Assembly: GCA_964565345.1 (NCBI GenBank)
Contig: CAZMEQ010000001.1
Span: forward strand, 9,838 to 73,837
Length of the DNA: 64,000 bases
Reading direction: 5' to 3'
From: an uncultured Gammaproteobacteria bacterium
Lineage (GTDB): Bacteria > Patescibacteriota > Patescibacteriia > UBA11705 > JABHMO01
Positions within the stretch are counted from its first letter, which is position 1. Each line of letters opens with the position of its first letter. Shown in pieces: positions 48,364 to 56,997 of this stretch. A program made the position numbers and the translations under genes. A model generated the notes under the pieces. It saw only the letters and a list, made by a program, of their open reading frames with translations. It ran no database searches and was not told the origin of the DNA.

Positions 48364-49038
48364 TCAGTTCTTGCGCCCTCCCTTGCCCATGATCTTGAGC
48401 AGCTGGAGGAAGAGGTTGGCGATGTCGAGGTAGATCGCGACGGCGCTGTCCACCGCGTTGTCCAGGGTTCGCGGCAGCTGTACCGCGCGGTTCCAGTCGT
48501 AGATGATGTACAGGGTGAACAGCAATGCAGCCGCGTAGTCGATGAAGGGCCAGTCGTAGAGGTTGTTGCTCACTCCGAAACTGGCCGCGATGAGCTGTCC
48601 GAAGCGAACGAAGACGAGCACGGTGAGCGCACCGAACAGGTAGCCGCCCCAGCTCAGGAGGAGCGTGGGGAAGGCGACTCCGATGATGCTCATGACCACG
48701 GTCACAGCTGCGGTGGCCACGAGTGCGTTCACGACCACGGCGCTCTGGTACAGGTTGACCGTGGGGCCCATGATGGCACCCAGGCCGCAGACCACCATCA
48801 GGTAGCCCACCAGGCTCACCAGCCAGTTGTCGCTGCCCATCGCGATGAAGATGCCGATGATCGGGATGACCAGGCCCACCCCCAGCGCGGCCCAGATGTT
48901 GGGCTGCCAGGGCATGGTGAGGAAGGCGATACCGGCGGAGATAATGAGCCCCACCATCGTGAAGCCCGAGACCGCGAAGATGTACTCGCGGAGGCTGAGC
49001 TCCGAACCGATGCCTCGTTGTTCCGAACGTTCCCAAAC
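48364..49038 (-). CDS. Bax-inhibitor-1/YccA (TMBIM) family integral membrane protein; high-GC island 5
   Basis: Seven predicted TM helices and a C-terminal ...NLFLQLLKIMGKGGRKN typical of the BI-1/YccA family. The start was chosen at MVWERSEQRG; the upstream in-frame extension is possible. Very high GC. Confidence 0.65.
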   Translation of the reverse strand, partial: VWERSEQRGIGSELSLREYIFAVSGFTMVGLIISAGIAFLTMPWQPNIWAALGVGLVIPIIGIFIAMGSDNWLVSLVGYLMVVCGLGAIMGPTVNLYQSAVVVNALVATAAVTVVMSIIGVAFPTLLLSWGGYLFGALTVLVFVRFGQLIAASFGVSNNLYDWPFIDYAAALLFTLYIIYDWNRAVQLPRTLDNAVDSAVAIYLDIANLFLQLLKIMGKGGRKN

Positions 49039-49331
49039 CATGCTGGAAAGACCTATCTGACCCTCCACTTTTATAGGGAATTCATCTGTCCGAAATGGAC
49101 TTAATATTGTAATATAAAGACTAGTATTTGTCAAGGTAGGAGTTTTTATGTTTTCACCTAAAATTACACCTTATATTGACATTTTAGTCGTAATGCGCTA
49201 TACTTAAGATGTTTGTTAGGTGCTCAAAGAGTTTCCAAGGCCAAAGATCTTTAGTCTTTCGTGCGGAAGAAAGTTATTTGAGGTAAAGTGTCGACCTGCA
49301 ACATTTTATTAAAAAGACTAAGTACAGTACT

Positions 49332-49589
49332 ATGGCAAAGAAACTTTTTGTTGGCAGCATTGCCTTCAAAACAACTGACGAAGGTTTACGAGCTTTTTTC
49401 GAAACAGTCGGTACAGTTGAAACAGCTACTATCATCAAAGATAGAATGACTGGTCGTTCAAAAGGCTTTGGTTTCGTTGAAATGTCAAATGACGACGAAG
49501 CTATGAAAGCTATTGAACAGCTTAATGGTAAGGAATTAGATGGCCGCGCTATCGTTGTAAACGAAGCTCGCCCTCGTGAAGATAAATAA
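49332..49589 (+). CDS. RRM-type RNA-binding protein
   Basis: RNP2 LFVGSI and RNP1 KGFGFVEM. 85 aa. Confidence 0.8.
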   Translation: MAKKLFVGSIAFKTTDEGLRAFFETVGTVETATIIKDRMTGRSKGFGFVEMSNDDEAMKAIEQLNGKELDGRAIVVNEARPREDK

Positions 49590-49605
49590 TTTCTTCCAAT
49601 AAAAA

Positions 49606-49648
49606 ACCCTCCTTCGCCTAATCGGCTTCGGAGGGTTTTTTTATTGTG
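49606..49648. terminator. bidirectional hairpin terminator (A-run, CCCTCC...GGAGGG, T-run)
   Basis: AAAAAACCCTCCTTCGCC taat CGGCTTCGGAGGGTTTTTTT, between convergent genes. Confidence 0.55.
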
Positions 49649-49663
49649 TTTGAATCTACAAGC

Positions 49664-50632
49664 TTAGTAACCGACTCTGGCAGCACTGCGCATATCAGAT
49701 TCGAATTGTGCTTGATTAGCACGGTATCTTTCTAGGGCTATTGAAGCGGCATTAGTTCTGCCCATAGCAAATCGGTCATAATATTCACGCATTAACTTAT
49801 CTGGGTCAATTTTTTCAGCTGATGCTAATTTTGCACGAGCAGCTTTTTGCTCTGGGGTTCTGAATAGAATACTGGCATCAAGAAATTTTAAACCAAGGTT
49901 TCGGAAAGCGCCAAAAAATCCTTTAGCTTTTTCTCCTGAAGCTTTTTTTGAAGCATCAAGTTCAGCTTTTGCTTTTTCAACTTCTGAAAAAGCACTAAGA
50001 ACTTCGAGTCTTTTATTGTCTTGAGCTACTTCTAAGTCGAATTTCTGCATGGCCAAGGTGTGCTCGGCTAGTTGAAGTTCAAGGTTTTCTAAGATTTGTT
50101 CTTGAGTTCTGATTTTGCTTATTAAACGACTACGTTCATTGGCACTTTTCATTGCTTCATCGTGGTTGTAACCTTCTGCACTATTTCTTTCCTTTGGTGA
50201 AAGTACGGCCATCTCTGGTAAAGCGGCTAATTCGCTTTTTAATTTTTCTAAAGAGACAGCTTCGGTTTGTAAACGTCCTGCGCAATCAACCTGTTTTGTC
50301 GCTTCCATCCAAGATAAATAGCGAGGACTTGTTTTATCCCAAGATGCTTTTACTTCTTTGGCTGCTTCAGGTGTTAACCCTTTTTTACGTGTCGCTGCTT
50401 CTTCACGGAAAAATTTATTAGCAGCTTGAAAACGTTCAGTTGCGTCTACAGCATAAACTGAGACTTGTTTACCCCAAAATACTGATTCTGGTGCATTAGC
50501 ATCTTCACCCTCAACAACAGAAAGTTTTGGAGCTTCTGCTTCGCTACGTTTTTCTTCTGGCTCTAATTCTGTCTTTGGAGCTTCAGCTGGTTTAACAGCA
50601 GCTGATCCACGGAACATGTCAAAAATTCCCAT
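49664..50632 (-). CDS. hypothetical coiled-coil protein (N-terminus MGIF... reminiscent of PspA/IM30, tentative)
   Basis: 322-aa ORF. Charged helical repeats. Low-complexity Pro/Glu-rich N-region. Confidence 0.4.
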   Translation of the reverse strand: MGIFDMFRGSAAVKPAEAPKTELEPEEKRSEAEAPKLSVVEGEDANAPESVFWGKQVSVYAVDATERFQAANKFFREEAATRKKGLTPEAAKEVKASWDKTSPRYLSWMEATKQVDCAGRLQTEAVSLEKLKSELAALPEMAVLSPKERNSAEGYNHDEAMKSANERSRLISKIRTQEQILENLELQLAEHTLAMQKFDLEVAQDNKRLEVLSAFSEVEKAKAELDASKKASGEKAKGFFGAFRNLGLKFLDASILFRTPEQKAARAKLASAEKIDPDKLMREYYDRFAMGRTNAASIALERYRANQAQFESDMRSAARVGY

Positions 50633-50765
50633 AGAATTTTCAATTAAGTTAATTTTGAAAAGCTTATATACAAATTAATTATTACATATACAATTATAGC
50701 ATACTTTTTATTATTTGTCAAACATTTTGTCTAAATTTAGTTAAAATTTTGCGAAATTATGAGAA

Positions 50766-51941
50766 ATGAGTATAATTAAGCTGTTTATGGGAAATATATT
50801 TGACGCCATTGTTATTCATTTTGATGAGATTGGTTTAAAGGGGAAGAACCAAATTTTTTTTGTTAGAAAATTACAAACAAATATCGCACAAAGATTAAAC
50901 ACTAAGGTTCATATCGGCCCGAAAAAACTTATTGCTCTTTGGCCTAAAGATAAAAAGTTAAATGAGATTATTGATGTTTTAAAATGCGTTCCTGGTATTG
51001 CTTTTTTTGCCCCAGCAATTTTAGTCAAAAGTAAAATCGAAAAGATCGAAGATGTTGTTAAACAAATGATAAATTATTATAATCCACAGAGTTTCCGTTT
51101 CTCGGCGCGACGGGCAGATAAAAGTTTCCCTCTAGATTCGATGTCACTCAGTCGACATTTGGGAGAAAAGGTGTTGGAGTCATTTCCTAATTTAATTGTA
51201 GCTATGAAAGGCGCTGATTTGGAAATTCGGGTAGAAATAGATAAGGAACAAACTGCAATCCTCGGTGCTATCGAACGGGGACTGGGTGGGTTGCCCACTG
51301 GCTCAACCGGAGAATTATTGTGCTTGCTGTCCGGTGGTTTTGATAGTCCTGTTGCTGCTTATATGATGATGAAGCGTGGTGCTCATGTAAATTTTATTCA
51401 TTTTTATAATCAAACCATTAATCAAAGTGGAGTAGAAGAAAAAATAAAAGATTTGGTAAAACAGTTAACACGATTCCAGGGGGAGTCAAAATTATTTTGG
51501 GTGCCGTTTGCGGATTTGCAACGTCAGGTTGTAAAAAATGTCCCAGCGGATGTCCGAATGATTATTTATAGAAGGTTGATGTTTAAGATTGCCGAGCGTG
51601 TGGCGATGGAAAATAAATACCTGGCACTGGTCACTGGTGATAACTTGGGACAGGTTGCCTCCCAGACTTTAGAAAACATGCATGTTATAGCGTCAGTCAC
51701 CACAATGCTTAAGTTAACACCGCTCGCAGGTTTTAATAAAAACGAGATTATCAATCTGGCGCAAAATATTGGAACGCATGACATTTCTGTGCGTCCTTAT
51801 GGTGACTGTTGTAGTCTGTTAGTGTCTAAACACCCGCAGACAGCGTCAAAGTTAGATTATATAAAACGTATTGAATTAGCGGCTGATATAGATGGTTTGT
51901 GTGAAAAGGTTGTCCAAGAAATTGAAATTCTAAAATTTTAA
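50766..51941 (+). CDS. thiI: tRNA 4-thiouridine synthase / tRNA sulfurtransferase
   Basis: THUMP-like N-region and PP-loop LLSGGFDSPVAAYMMMKRG. Confidence 0.85.
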   Translation: MSIIKLFMGNIFDAIVIHFDEIGLKGKNQIFFVRKLQTNIAQRLNTKVHIGPKKLIALWPKDKKLNEIIDVLKCVPGIAFFAPAILVKSKIEKIEDVVKQMINYYNPQSFRFSARRADKSFPLDSMSLSRHLGEKVLESFPNLIVAMKGADLEIRVEIDKEQTAILGAIERGLGGLPTGSTGELLCLLSGGFDSPVAAYMMMKRGAHVNFIHFYNQTINQSGVEEKIKDLVKQLTRFQGESKLFWVPFADLQRQVVKNVPADVRMIIYRRLMFKIAERVAMENKYLALVTGDNLGQVASQTLENMHVIASVTTMLKLTPLAGFNKNEIINLAQNIGTHDISVRPYGDCCSLLVSKHPQTASKLDYIKRIELAADIDGLCEKVVQEIEILKF

Positions 51942-51942
51942 T

Positions 51943-52131
51943 ATGCCTTGTCCAAAAACAAATTTAGAAACATGTCGTTGTACTTATCTTGAATGTGATT
52001 TGCGCGGGAAGTGTTGTGCCTGTGTGCGTTATCACAGAGATAAAGATGAGTTGCCGGGGTGCTTTTTTTCAAAAGAAATAGAAAAAACTTACGACAGGTC
52101 CGTTAAAAATTTCATTAAAAACCATAAATAA
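51943..52131 (+). CDS. small cysteine-rich protein (8 Cys in first 40 aa), translationally coupled to thiI
   Basis: MPCPKTNLETCRCTYLECDLRGKCCACVRYH. The start codon lies 1 nt after the thiI stop (TAATATG). Confidence 0.45.
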   Translation: MPCPKTNLETCRCTYLECDLRGKCCACVRYHRDKDELPGCFFSKEIEKTYDRSVKNFIKNHK

Positions 52132-52134
52132 ATT

Positions 52135-52638
52135 ATGGAGATACTAAAAACGTTAAAAGATTCTGATTTTGGTTTTGACGAGAAACCAGGGGAATTAAAA
52201 TTGCGCGAAGCGGCACGTTCGGTTGTTGTGAATGATTTTAATGAGTTGGCTATATTGTATGTTTCCACCAAGAATTTTTATAAAATTCCTGGTGGTGGAG
52301 TCGAGGCGGGTGAGAATTATCTTTCTGCTTTAAAACGGGAAGTGCGAGAAGAAGCTGGTTGTGAGATCGAAGTTACAAGAGAGTTAGGTGCGATTATAGA
52401 ATATAGAACGCATTTTAAAGTTTTACAAAAATCATATTGCTATTTGGCTAAAGTCGTGGGGAAGGTTGGCGCTCCACAATTTGATCCTGGCGAGTTAGCA
52501 GATGGCTTTGAGGTTAAATGGATGAGTTTAGCCGAGGCAGAGAAGCGTATTAAAACAGTCAAAACTGACGACTATCTGGGCCAGTTTGTAACTGATAGGG
52601 AATTAACAATTCTTAAAGAAGCCAAGAAATATCTATAG
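52135..52638 (+). CDS. NUDIX hydrolase
   Basis: Nudix box GGGVEAGENYLSALKREVREEAGCEI. Confidence 0.8.
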   Translation: MEILKTLKDSDFGFDEKPGELKLREAARSVVVNDFNELAILYVSTKNFYKIPGGGVEAGENYLSALKREVREEAGCEIEVTRELGAIIEYRTHFKVLQKSYCYLAKVVGKVGAPQFDPGELADGFEVKWMSLAEAEKRIKTVKTDDYLGQFVTDRELTILKEAKKYL

Positions 52639-52647
52639 TAATTAAGT

Positions 52648-52670
52648 GAGATTCGTTCTCACTTTTTTAT
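52648..52670 (+). terminator. hairpin terminator after NUDIX gene
   Basis: AGTGAGA ttcgt TCTCACT followed by TTTTTTATTT. Confidence 0.55.
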
Positions 52671-52823
52671 TTAGGGCAGGGGAGTCATTTAAAAGTAAAA
52701 AGTTATAAGCGAGATAAGTGGTAATGATTTTGTCTGTACAGCTGCTAGAGGCGGATAGTGTAGACTGTGGATAACTTTTGTCTTACTGCCCTATTAGTAA
52801 TATAATTTAATTAGGAATTATTC

Positions 52824-53249
52824 TTGATTAGATTTTATAATCATATGGTTAATGAATTACAGCCAGTTCGTAATACTAATCAACGCCAACTTATTTTTGA
52901 ATATTTACAGCGCACACTCACCCACCCAACCGCTGAGCAGATTTTTAATCAAATGAGAAAAGAATTGCCGCGAATCAGCTTTGGTACGGTTTACCGCAAT
53001 CTTGATATATTAGAAAAACAAGGCTTGATTTCAACGGTAATTTATTCCAAGGAACACGTTCGATACCACTGCGGAGTCAACACTCATTCTCATTTTGTTT
53101 GTAATATTTGTGATCGAATTATAGACGTTGATGTAGAGGATCTTTTAGAACTTGAGCACCAGGTTTCCAAGCGATATAAACTTAAAGTTTTGAAACATAA
53201 TCTTATTTTTTACGGACAGTGTGAAGTCTGTCAGAAACTTTATCGGTAA
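52824..53249 (+). CDS. Fur-family metalloregulator (Fur/Zur/PerR)
   Basis: wHTH PTAEQIFNQMRKELPRISFGTVYRNLDILEKQGLI, H-x-H and C-x2-C ... C-x2-C metal sites. AT-rich inverted repeats lie upstream. Confidence 0.75.
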   Translation: MIRFYNHMVNELQPVRNTNQRQLIFEYLQRTLTHPTAEQIFNQMRKELPRISFGTVYRNLDILEKQGLISTVIYSKEHVRYHCGVNTHSHFVCNICDRIIDVDVEDLLELEHQVSKRYKLKVLKHNLIFYGQCEVCQKLYR

Positions 53250-53312
53250 GGCAATTTTCCCTAATTTTGGCCACGTTGACTTTTGTTTGAATTTATGCTA
53301 TAATTAGTATAT

Positions 53313-54476
53313 ATGAAGATAGCCTTTATTGGTCAAAAAGGTATCCCTATGAAGTTTGGCGGCGTTGAAAAACATGTCGAGCGTCTTGCTGTTGGTTTGG
53401 CTGAACGTGGCCATAAAGTTTATGCTTACACGCGGCCATGGTATACCCCAGCCAAACAAAAAGAATATAAAGGAGTAAAATTGATTTCTTTGAAATCACT
53501 TAATACCAAAAATTTGGATGCGATCACCCACTCCTTGCGTGCTAGTCTGGATGTCTTAAAGCGTAATTATGATGTCGTTCATTATCATGGTGTGGGGCCA
53601 GCTTTAACAGCCTGGATTCCAAAGCTTTTTAAGCCAAGTTGTAAGGTTGTTATTACATTCCATTGTATCGATAGGTTCCATCAAAAATGGGGTCGCTTAG
53701 CTCGTTGGGCACTTTATTGGGGTGAATGGGCTGCTGTGCATTTTGCGCATGACACCATTACTGTATCTAAAAATTTACAAAATTATTGTGCTGATACATA
53801 TAGCGCTGATACTATTTATATCCCCAATGGTGTGGATAGAGTTCGCGAATCTTCTGCTCAAGTCATCAAAAAAAAGTACGGTCTAACTAAAGGGAGTTAT
53901 ATTTTGTTTATGTCACGTTTGGTTAGACATAAAGGCGCGCACTATTTGGTTAAAGCTTATAATGAAATTCAGACGGATAAAAAGCTAGTCATCGCTGGTG
54001 GCTCAGCTTTTACCGACGATTATGTTAATTGGTTAAAAAAAGAAGCTCAATACAACCCAAATATTATTTTTACTGGCAATATAACAGGTGGTAGTAATGA
54101 ATGGCAGGAATTATATTCCAATGCTTATATGTTTGTTCATCCCTCAGAAAGCGAGGGGCTTCCGATTGTTATTTTAGAGGCGATGAGTTTCGGCCTGCCT
54201 GTTTTAGCTTCAAATATCCCAGAAAACATGGAGGCAATTGCGGGCGGATATGGATTTAGTTTTAAGAACAAAAGTGTCAATGATTTAAAAAAGAAATTAC
54301 AATATTTATTGAGTTCGCCAGAAATAATAAAGCAAGTTGGTTTATCTGCGAAAGAACATGTTTTGGAAAATTATAATTGGAATGATATTGTTGTTTCAGT
54401 TGAACATGTTTATGAGGAGCTATTGCGTCGGAATGTAGTGCGTAGCTTTACTGGAAAAGCTATTCATCTAAAATAA
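53313..54476 (+). CDS. GT4-family glycosyltransferase (GT-B fold)
   Basis: C-terminal E-x7-E region: SESEGLPIVILEAMSFGLPVLASNIPE. N-terminal Gly-rich donor/acceptor region. Extended -10 TGCTATAAT lies upstream. Confidence 0.8.
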   Translation: MKIAFIGQKGIPMKFGGVEKHVERLAVGLAERGHKVYAYTRPWYTPAKQKEYKGVKLISLKSLNTKNLDAITHSLRASLDVLKRNYDVVHYHGVGPALTAWIPKLFKPSCKVVITFHCIDRFHQKWGRLARWALYWGEWAAVHFAHDTITVSKNLQNYCADTYSADTIYIPNGVDRVRESSAQVIKKKYGLTKGSYILFMSRLVRHKGAHYLVKAYNEIQTDKKLVIAGGSAFTDDYVNWLKKEAQYNPNIIFTGNITGGSNEWQELYSNAYMFVHPSESEGLPIVILEAMSFGLPVLASNIPENMEAIAGGYGFSFKNKSVNDLKKKLQYLLSSPEIIKQVGLSAKEHVLENYNWNDIVVSVEHVYEELLRRNVVRSFTGKAIHLK

Positions 54477-54593
54477 AAAATGTTGCGGACAACGCATACG
54501 CGTTGTAGGGATAGGTCGTTCACCTTCCGAAGTCTCGTACGGAGGACAGGCGACCTGTCCCTATCGCACGTCCCGTGCGGCCGCAACATTTTT
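54476..54593. other. A-run / 13-bp outer stem / T-run terminator-like element whose 92-nt 'loop' is a high-GC three-hairpin insert (four-way-junction fold)
   Basis: Outer stem AAAAATGTTGCGG (54476-54488) pairs with CCGCAACATTTTT (54581-54593). Inside are three hairpins: ACAACGC atac GCGTTGT; GGGATAGGTCG...CGACCTGTCCC with an internal CCTTCCG/CGGAGG sub-hairpin; and CGCACG tccc GTGCG. Confidence 0.5.
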
Positions 54594-54876
54594 ATTTTGT
54601 TGGGATTATTTTGGGATCTGGGCTAAACTTTTTGTTTTTTATACGCCATTGTTCGACGTATTGACCGAGCCCCTTTTTTTCGAGTTTGTTCTTGACTGAT
54701 GTTCTTTTTTGTGACCAGTTTAAAAGGCTTTCAAAGTTAATTTTATATCTGCCTTGGACTACGATATATCTTAGTTCTTCGCGGTTTATGGCCCGTCTAA
54801 TGGTGTGTGAATCAACCCCAAAGAGCCGAGCTGCCTCGGACACAGAAACTCTAATAGGATTTTTTTCTTGGTCCAT
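54592..54876 (-). CDS. small HTH DNA-binding protein of the excisionase/AlpA (MerR-like Xis) type
   Basis: VSVSEAARLFGVDSHTIRRAINREELRYIV is an HTH_17-like motif. 94 aa with a basic C-terminus. Confidence 0.45.
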   Translation of the reverse strand: MDQEKNPIRVSVSEAARLFGVDSHTIRRAINREELRYIVVQGRYKINFESLLNWSQKRTSVKNKLEKKGLGQYVEQWRIKNKKFSPDPKIIPTK

Positions 54877-55089
54877 ATTTTGAGTAATTTGTCTACACCA
54901 GTGTATACAAATTTAACATTTTTAGTATATAGTGAGGGGCTTTTTTTGTCAATAGTTTTGAGCAAAATAAGCTTAATTTTGAGTTTTCCACGTTTACTTT
55001 TTGCTATTTATCGTGTATAGTAGGCAACATCAGCGGGTGGCCTTATCTACCCTGTTTGTAACAAAAATAACCTTTTAACGTCTTATTAA

Positions 55090-55641
55090 ATGAGCGCCAA
55101 TTCTTTACAAGAAAAATTTCTCATCTATAAGGTCCGACAAAATAAAGATGCAGAGGCTTACGGTAAGCTCTACGATTATTATGTGGACCGAATTTATCGC
55201 TTTGTTTATTTCAAAATAAACAGTCAGGAAGATGCGGAAGATATTACCTCAGAAGTCTTTTTAAAAGCGTGGGAATATATTAATACCACTAATAAAAAGA
55301 TTGAAAACTTTAATGCCTTGATCTACCGGGTGGCGCGAAATTCTGTAATCGATTATTACCGTAACAGAAAGATAAATGTAAGTACTGATGATGAAGAAAA
55401 TTTAATCCAAATACAAGACAAAGTAAATGTAGCTGAAAATGTTGATCAAGTATTGGACAGAACAAATATTGAAAAGTTATTGAGTAACTTAAAAGAAACG
55501 TACCGGGATGTAATTCTTCTGCGGTTTATCGAAGATTATAGCATTGCTGAAATCTCCGAAATAACGGGTAAGTCTAAGGCTAATGTCCGAGTATTATTAC
55601 ACCGCGGCATCCAAGCCTTAAAAGAAATAAGCGAGGGCTAA
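55090..55641 (+). CDS. ECF-type RNA polymerase sigma factor
   Basis: Region 2 DITSEVFLKAWEYI ... YRVARNSVIDYYR and region 4 YSIAEISEITGKSKANVRVLLHRGIQALK. Confidence 0.8.
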   Translation: MSANSLQEKFLIYKVRQNKDAEAYGKLYDYYVDRIYRFVYFKINSQEDAEDITSEVFLKAWEYINTTNKKIENFNALIYRVARNSVIDYYRNRKINVSTDDEENLIQIQDKVNVAENVDQVLDRTNIEKLLSNLKETYRDVILLRFIEDYSIAEISEITGKSKANVRVLLHRGIQALKEISEG

Positions 55642-55645
55642 TAAA

Positions 55646-56827
55646 ATGGACAAGATTGTTGAACAACTTAAAGAACTTAAGCAAATCAAACCACGTGCTG
55701 AATGGGTAAATTCTTCACGCGAACTTTTGTTGTCTCAAATTAGCGCTCAGTCTGAAAATACAAAAACTTCTTTTACTGGCAATGTTTGGTTTTTGACCAA
55801 GTCAGTCGTGCCAACTGGCCTTTTACGTTTTGTGGCCCAGCCAATTGGTGTTTTGAGTTTAATTATTGCCACTGTAGTTGGGACTGGGGTGCTTGGCGTT
55901 AACGCTTCTAGAACAAGCTTGCCGGGCGATTTACTTTATCCTGTTAAATTAACTTCAGAAAAAATATCAATATCTTTAACTATTAATGATAGTAAAAAAG
56001 CTGAAAAGCACATTGAGTATGCAGAAGAGCGAGTAAAAGAGTTGGAAGCGGTTTCCGAACAAGCATTAGGTGTTAATGAAAAAAAAGATAAAATGATGCA
56101 GGCTGTTTCTGGTTTGGTGGATCAAATGGAACAAGTGCAGACACAATTAGATAAAGTTAAGGACGCAGGCGTTTCGGGCGCTAATGCTAATAAGGTTATC
56201 GTGGAAGTTGCTTTGGGTGTAGACAAAAGAGCTGAGCAGATAAACCAAAAAATTGCAGTTAAAAAAGAAGAATATAAGCAAGATGTAGAATTAGAAAATG
56301 TCTTGCGCGAAGCTCAGGCTAGCACAAATGTGACGAGCGTAAAAGCAGTTGAGGTGGTAATTAAGGGAGTAGAAAAGTCACCTGTAGAGTTGCCTACAAA
56401 GGAAATAATGAATGTAATTCAAAAACAGATAGAAAACACAGCTGTTCGTGTTGAAGAAATGAAGGCTTCAATCGAGCGTGTTGGCGTTAAAGTAAATGAA
56501 GCTCAGTCTGTGCCAGCAACAACCGAAACCAACAATGAAGCCGTCAATCCAGTCGATGTTATTGTGACAATTAAGGATAAGCCAACTGCAGCTACCTCCT
56601 CTCTTTCAGAGGCGCAGGCTTTATTGAATCAAGGCGATTTAACAAAAGCTATTGAAATGATTAAGAGTACTGTTGATATAACTAATGCAGTAAAAACAAC
56701 TGTTACTCAAATAGAAGAGACCCTTGTTGCACCTGCTCCTGTGGCGAGTAGTCCAGCTGAGACTACAGCTCCAGAATCAGTTGAAGAAAAAACAAGTACG
56801 GATGTTATTATTCAACCAACTAATTAA
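55646..56827 (+). CDS. membrane-spanning anti-sigma-like protein (DUF5667-like)
   Basis: Starts 2 nt after the sigma gene stop. Central TM helix (VAQPIGVLSLIIATVVGTGVLGV). Long helical extracytoplasmic region. Confidence 0.45.
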   Translation: MDKIVEQLKELKQIKPRAEWVNSSRELLLSQISAQSENTKTSFTGNVWFLTKSVVPTGLLRFVAQPIGVLSLIIATVVGTGVLGVNASRTSLPGDLLYPVKLTSEKISISLTINDSKKAEKHIEYAEERVKELEAVSEQALGVNEKKDKMMQAVSGLVDQMEQVQTQLDKVKDAGVSGANANKVIVEVALGVDKRAEQINQKIAVKKEEYKQDVELENVLREAQASTNVTSVKAVEVVIKGVEKSPVELPTKEIMNVIQKQIENTAVRVEEMKASIERVGVKVNEAQSVPATTETNNEAVNPVDVIVTIKDKPTAATSSLSEAQALLNQGDLTKAIEMIKSTVDITNAVKTTVTQIEETLVAPAPVASSPAETTAPESVEEKTSTDVIIQPTN

Positions 56828-56997
56828 GTTATTATTTATAAATCCTAAAGAACTCTCTTTGGGTTGTAGTAACCTAACAGGTCGAGGGGCCTCAAAACCT
56901 CGGTTGCTGCATAACTAAAATATAAAAGGGAGTGTAAATTGTTTCTATCTATAGAGGAAACAATTCATACTTCCAAAAGAAAGATTTAAATTAAAGT

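Noticed and set aside
48338-49104. ORFs 48338..49036 (-), 48340..49104 (+) and 48827..49060 (+) overlapping the BI-1-family gene
   Set aside because: Shadow ORFs. Only the 48364..49038 minus frame gives a coherent seven-TM protein.
52674-52790. AGGGCAG ... CTGCCCT long-range inverted repeat upstream of the Fur gene as a riboswitch
   Set aside because: Only a 7-bp outer pairing with an AT-rich unstructured interior and no recognisable riboswitch core motifs. It is more likely promoter/operator DNA for the Fur-family gene.
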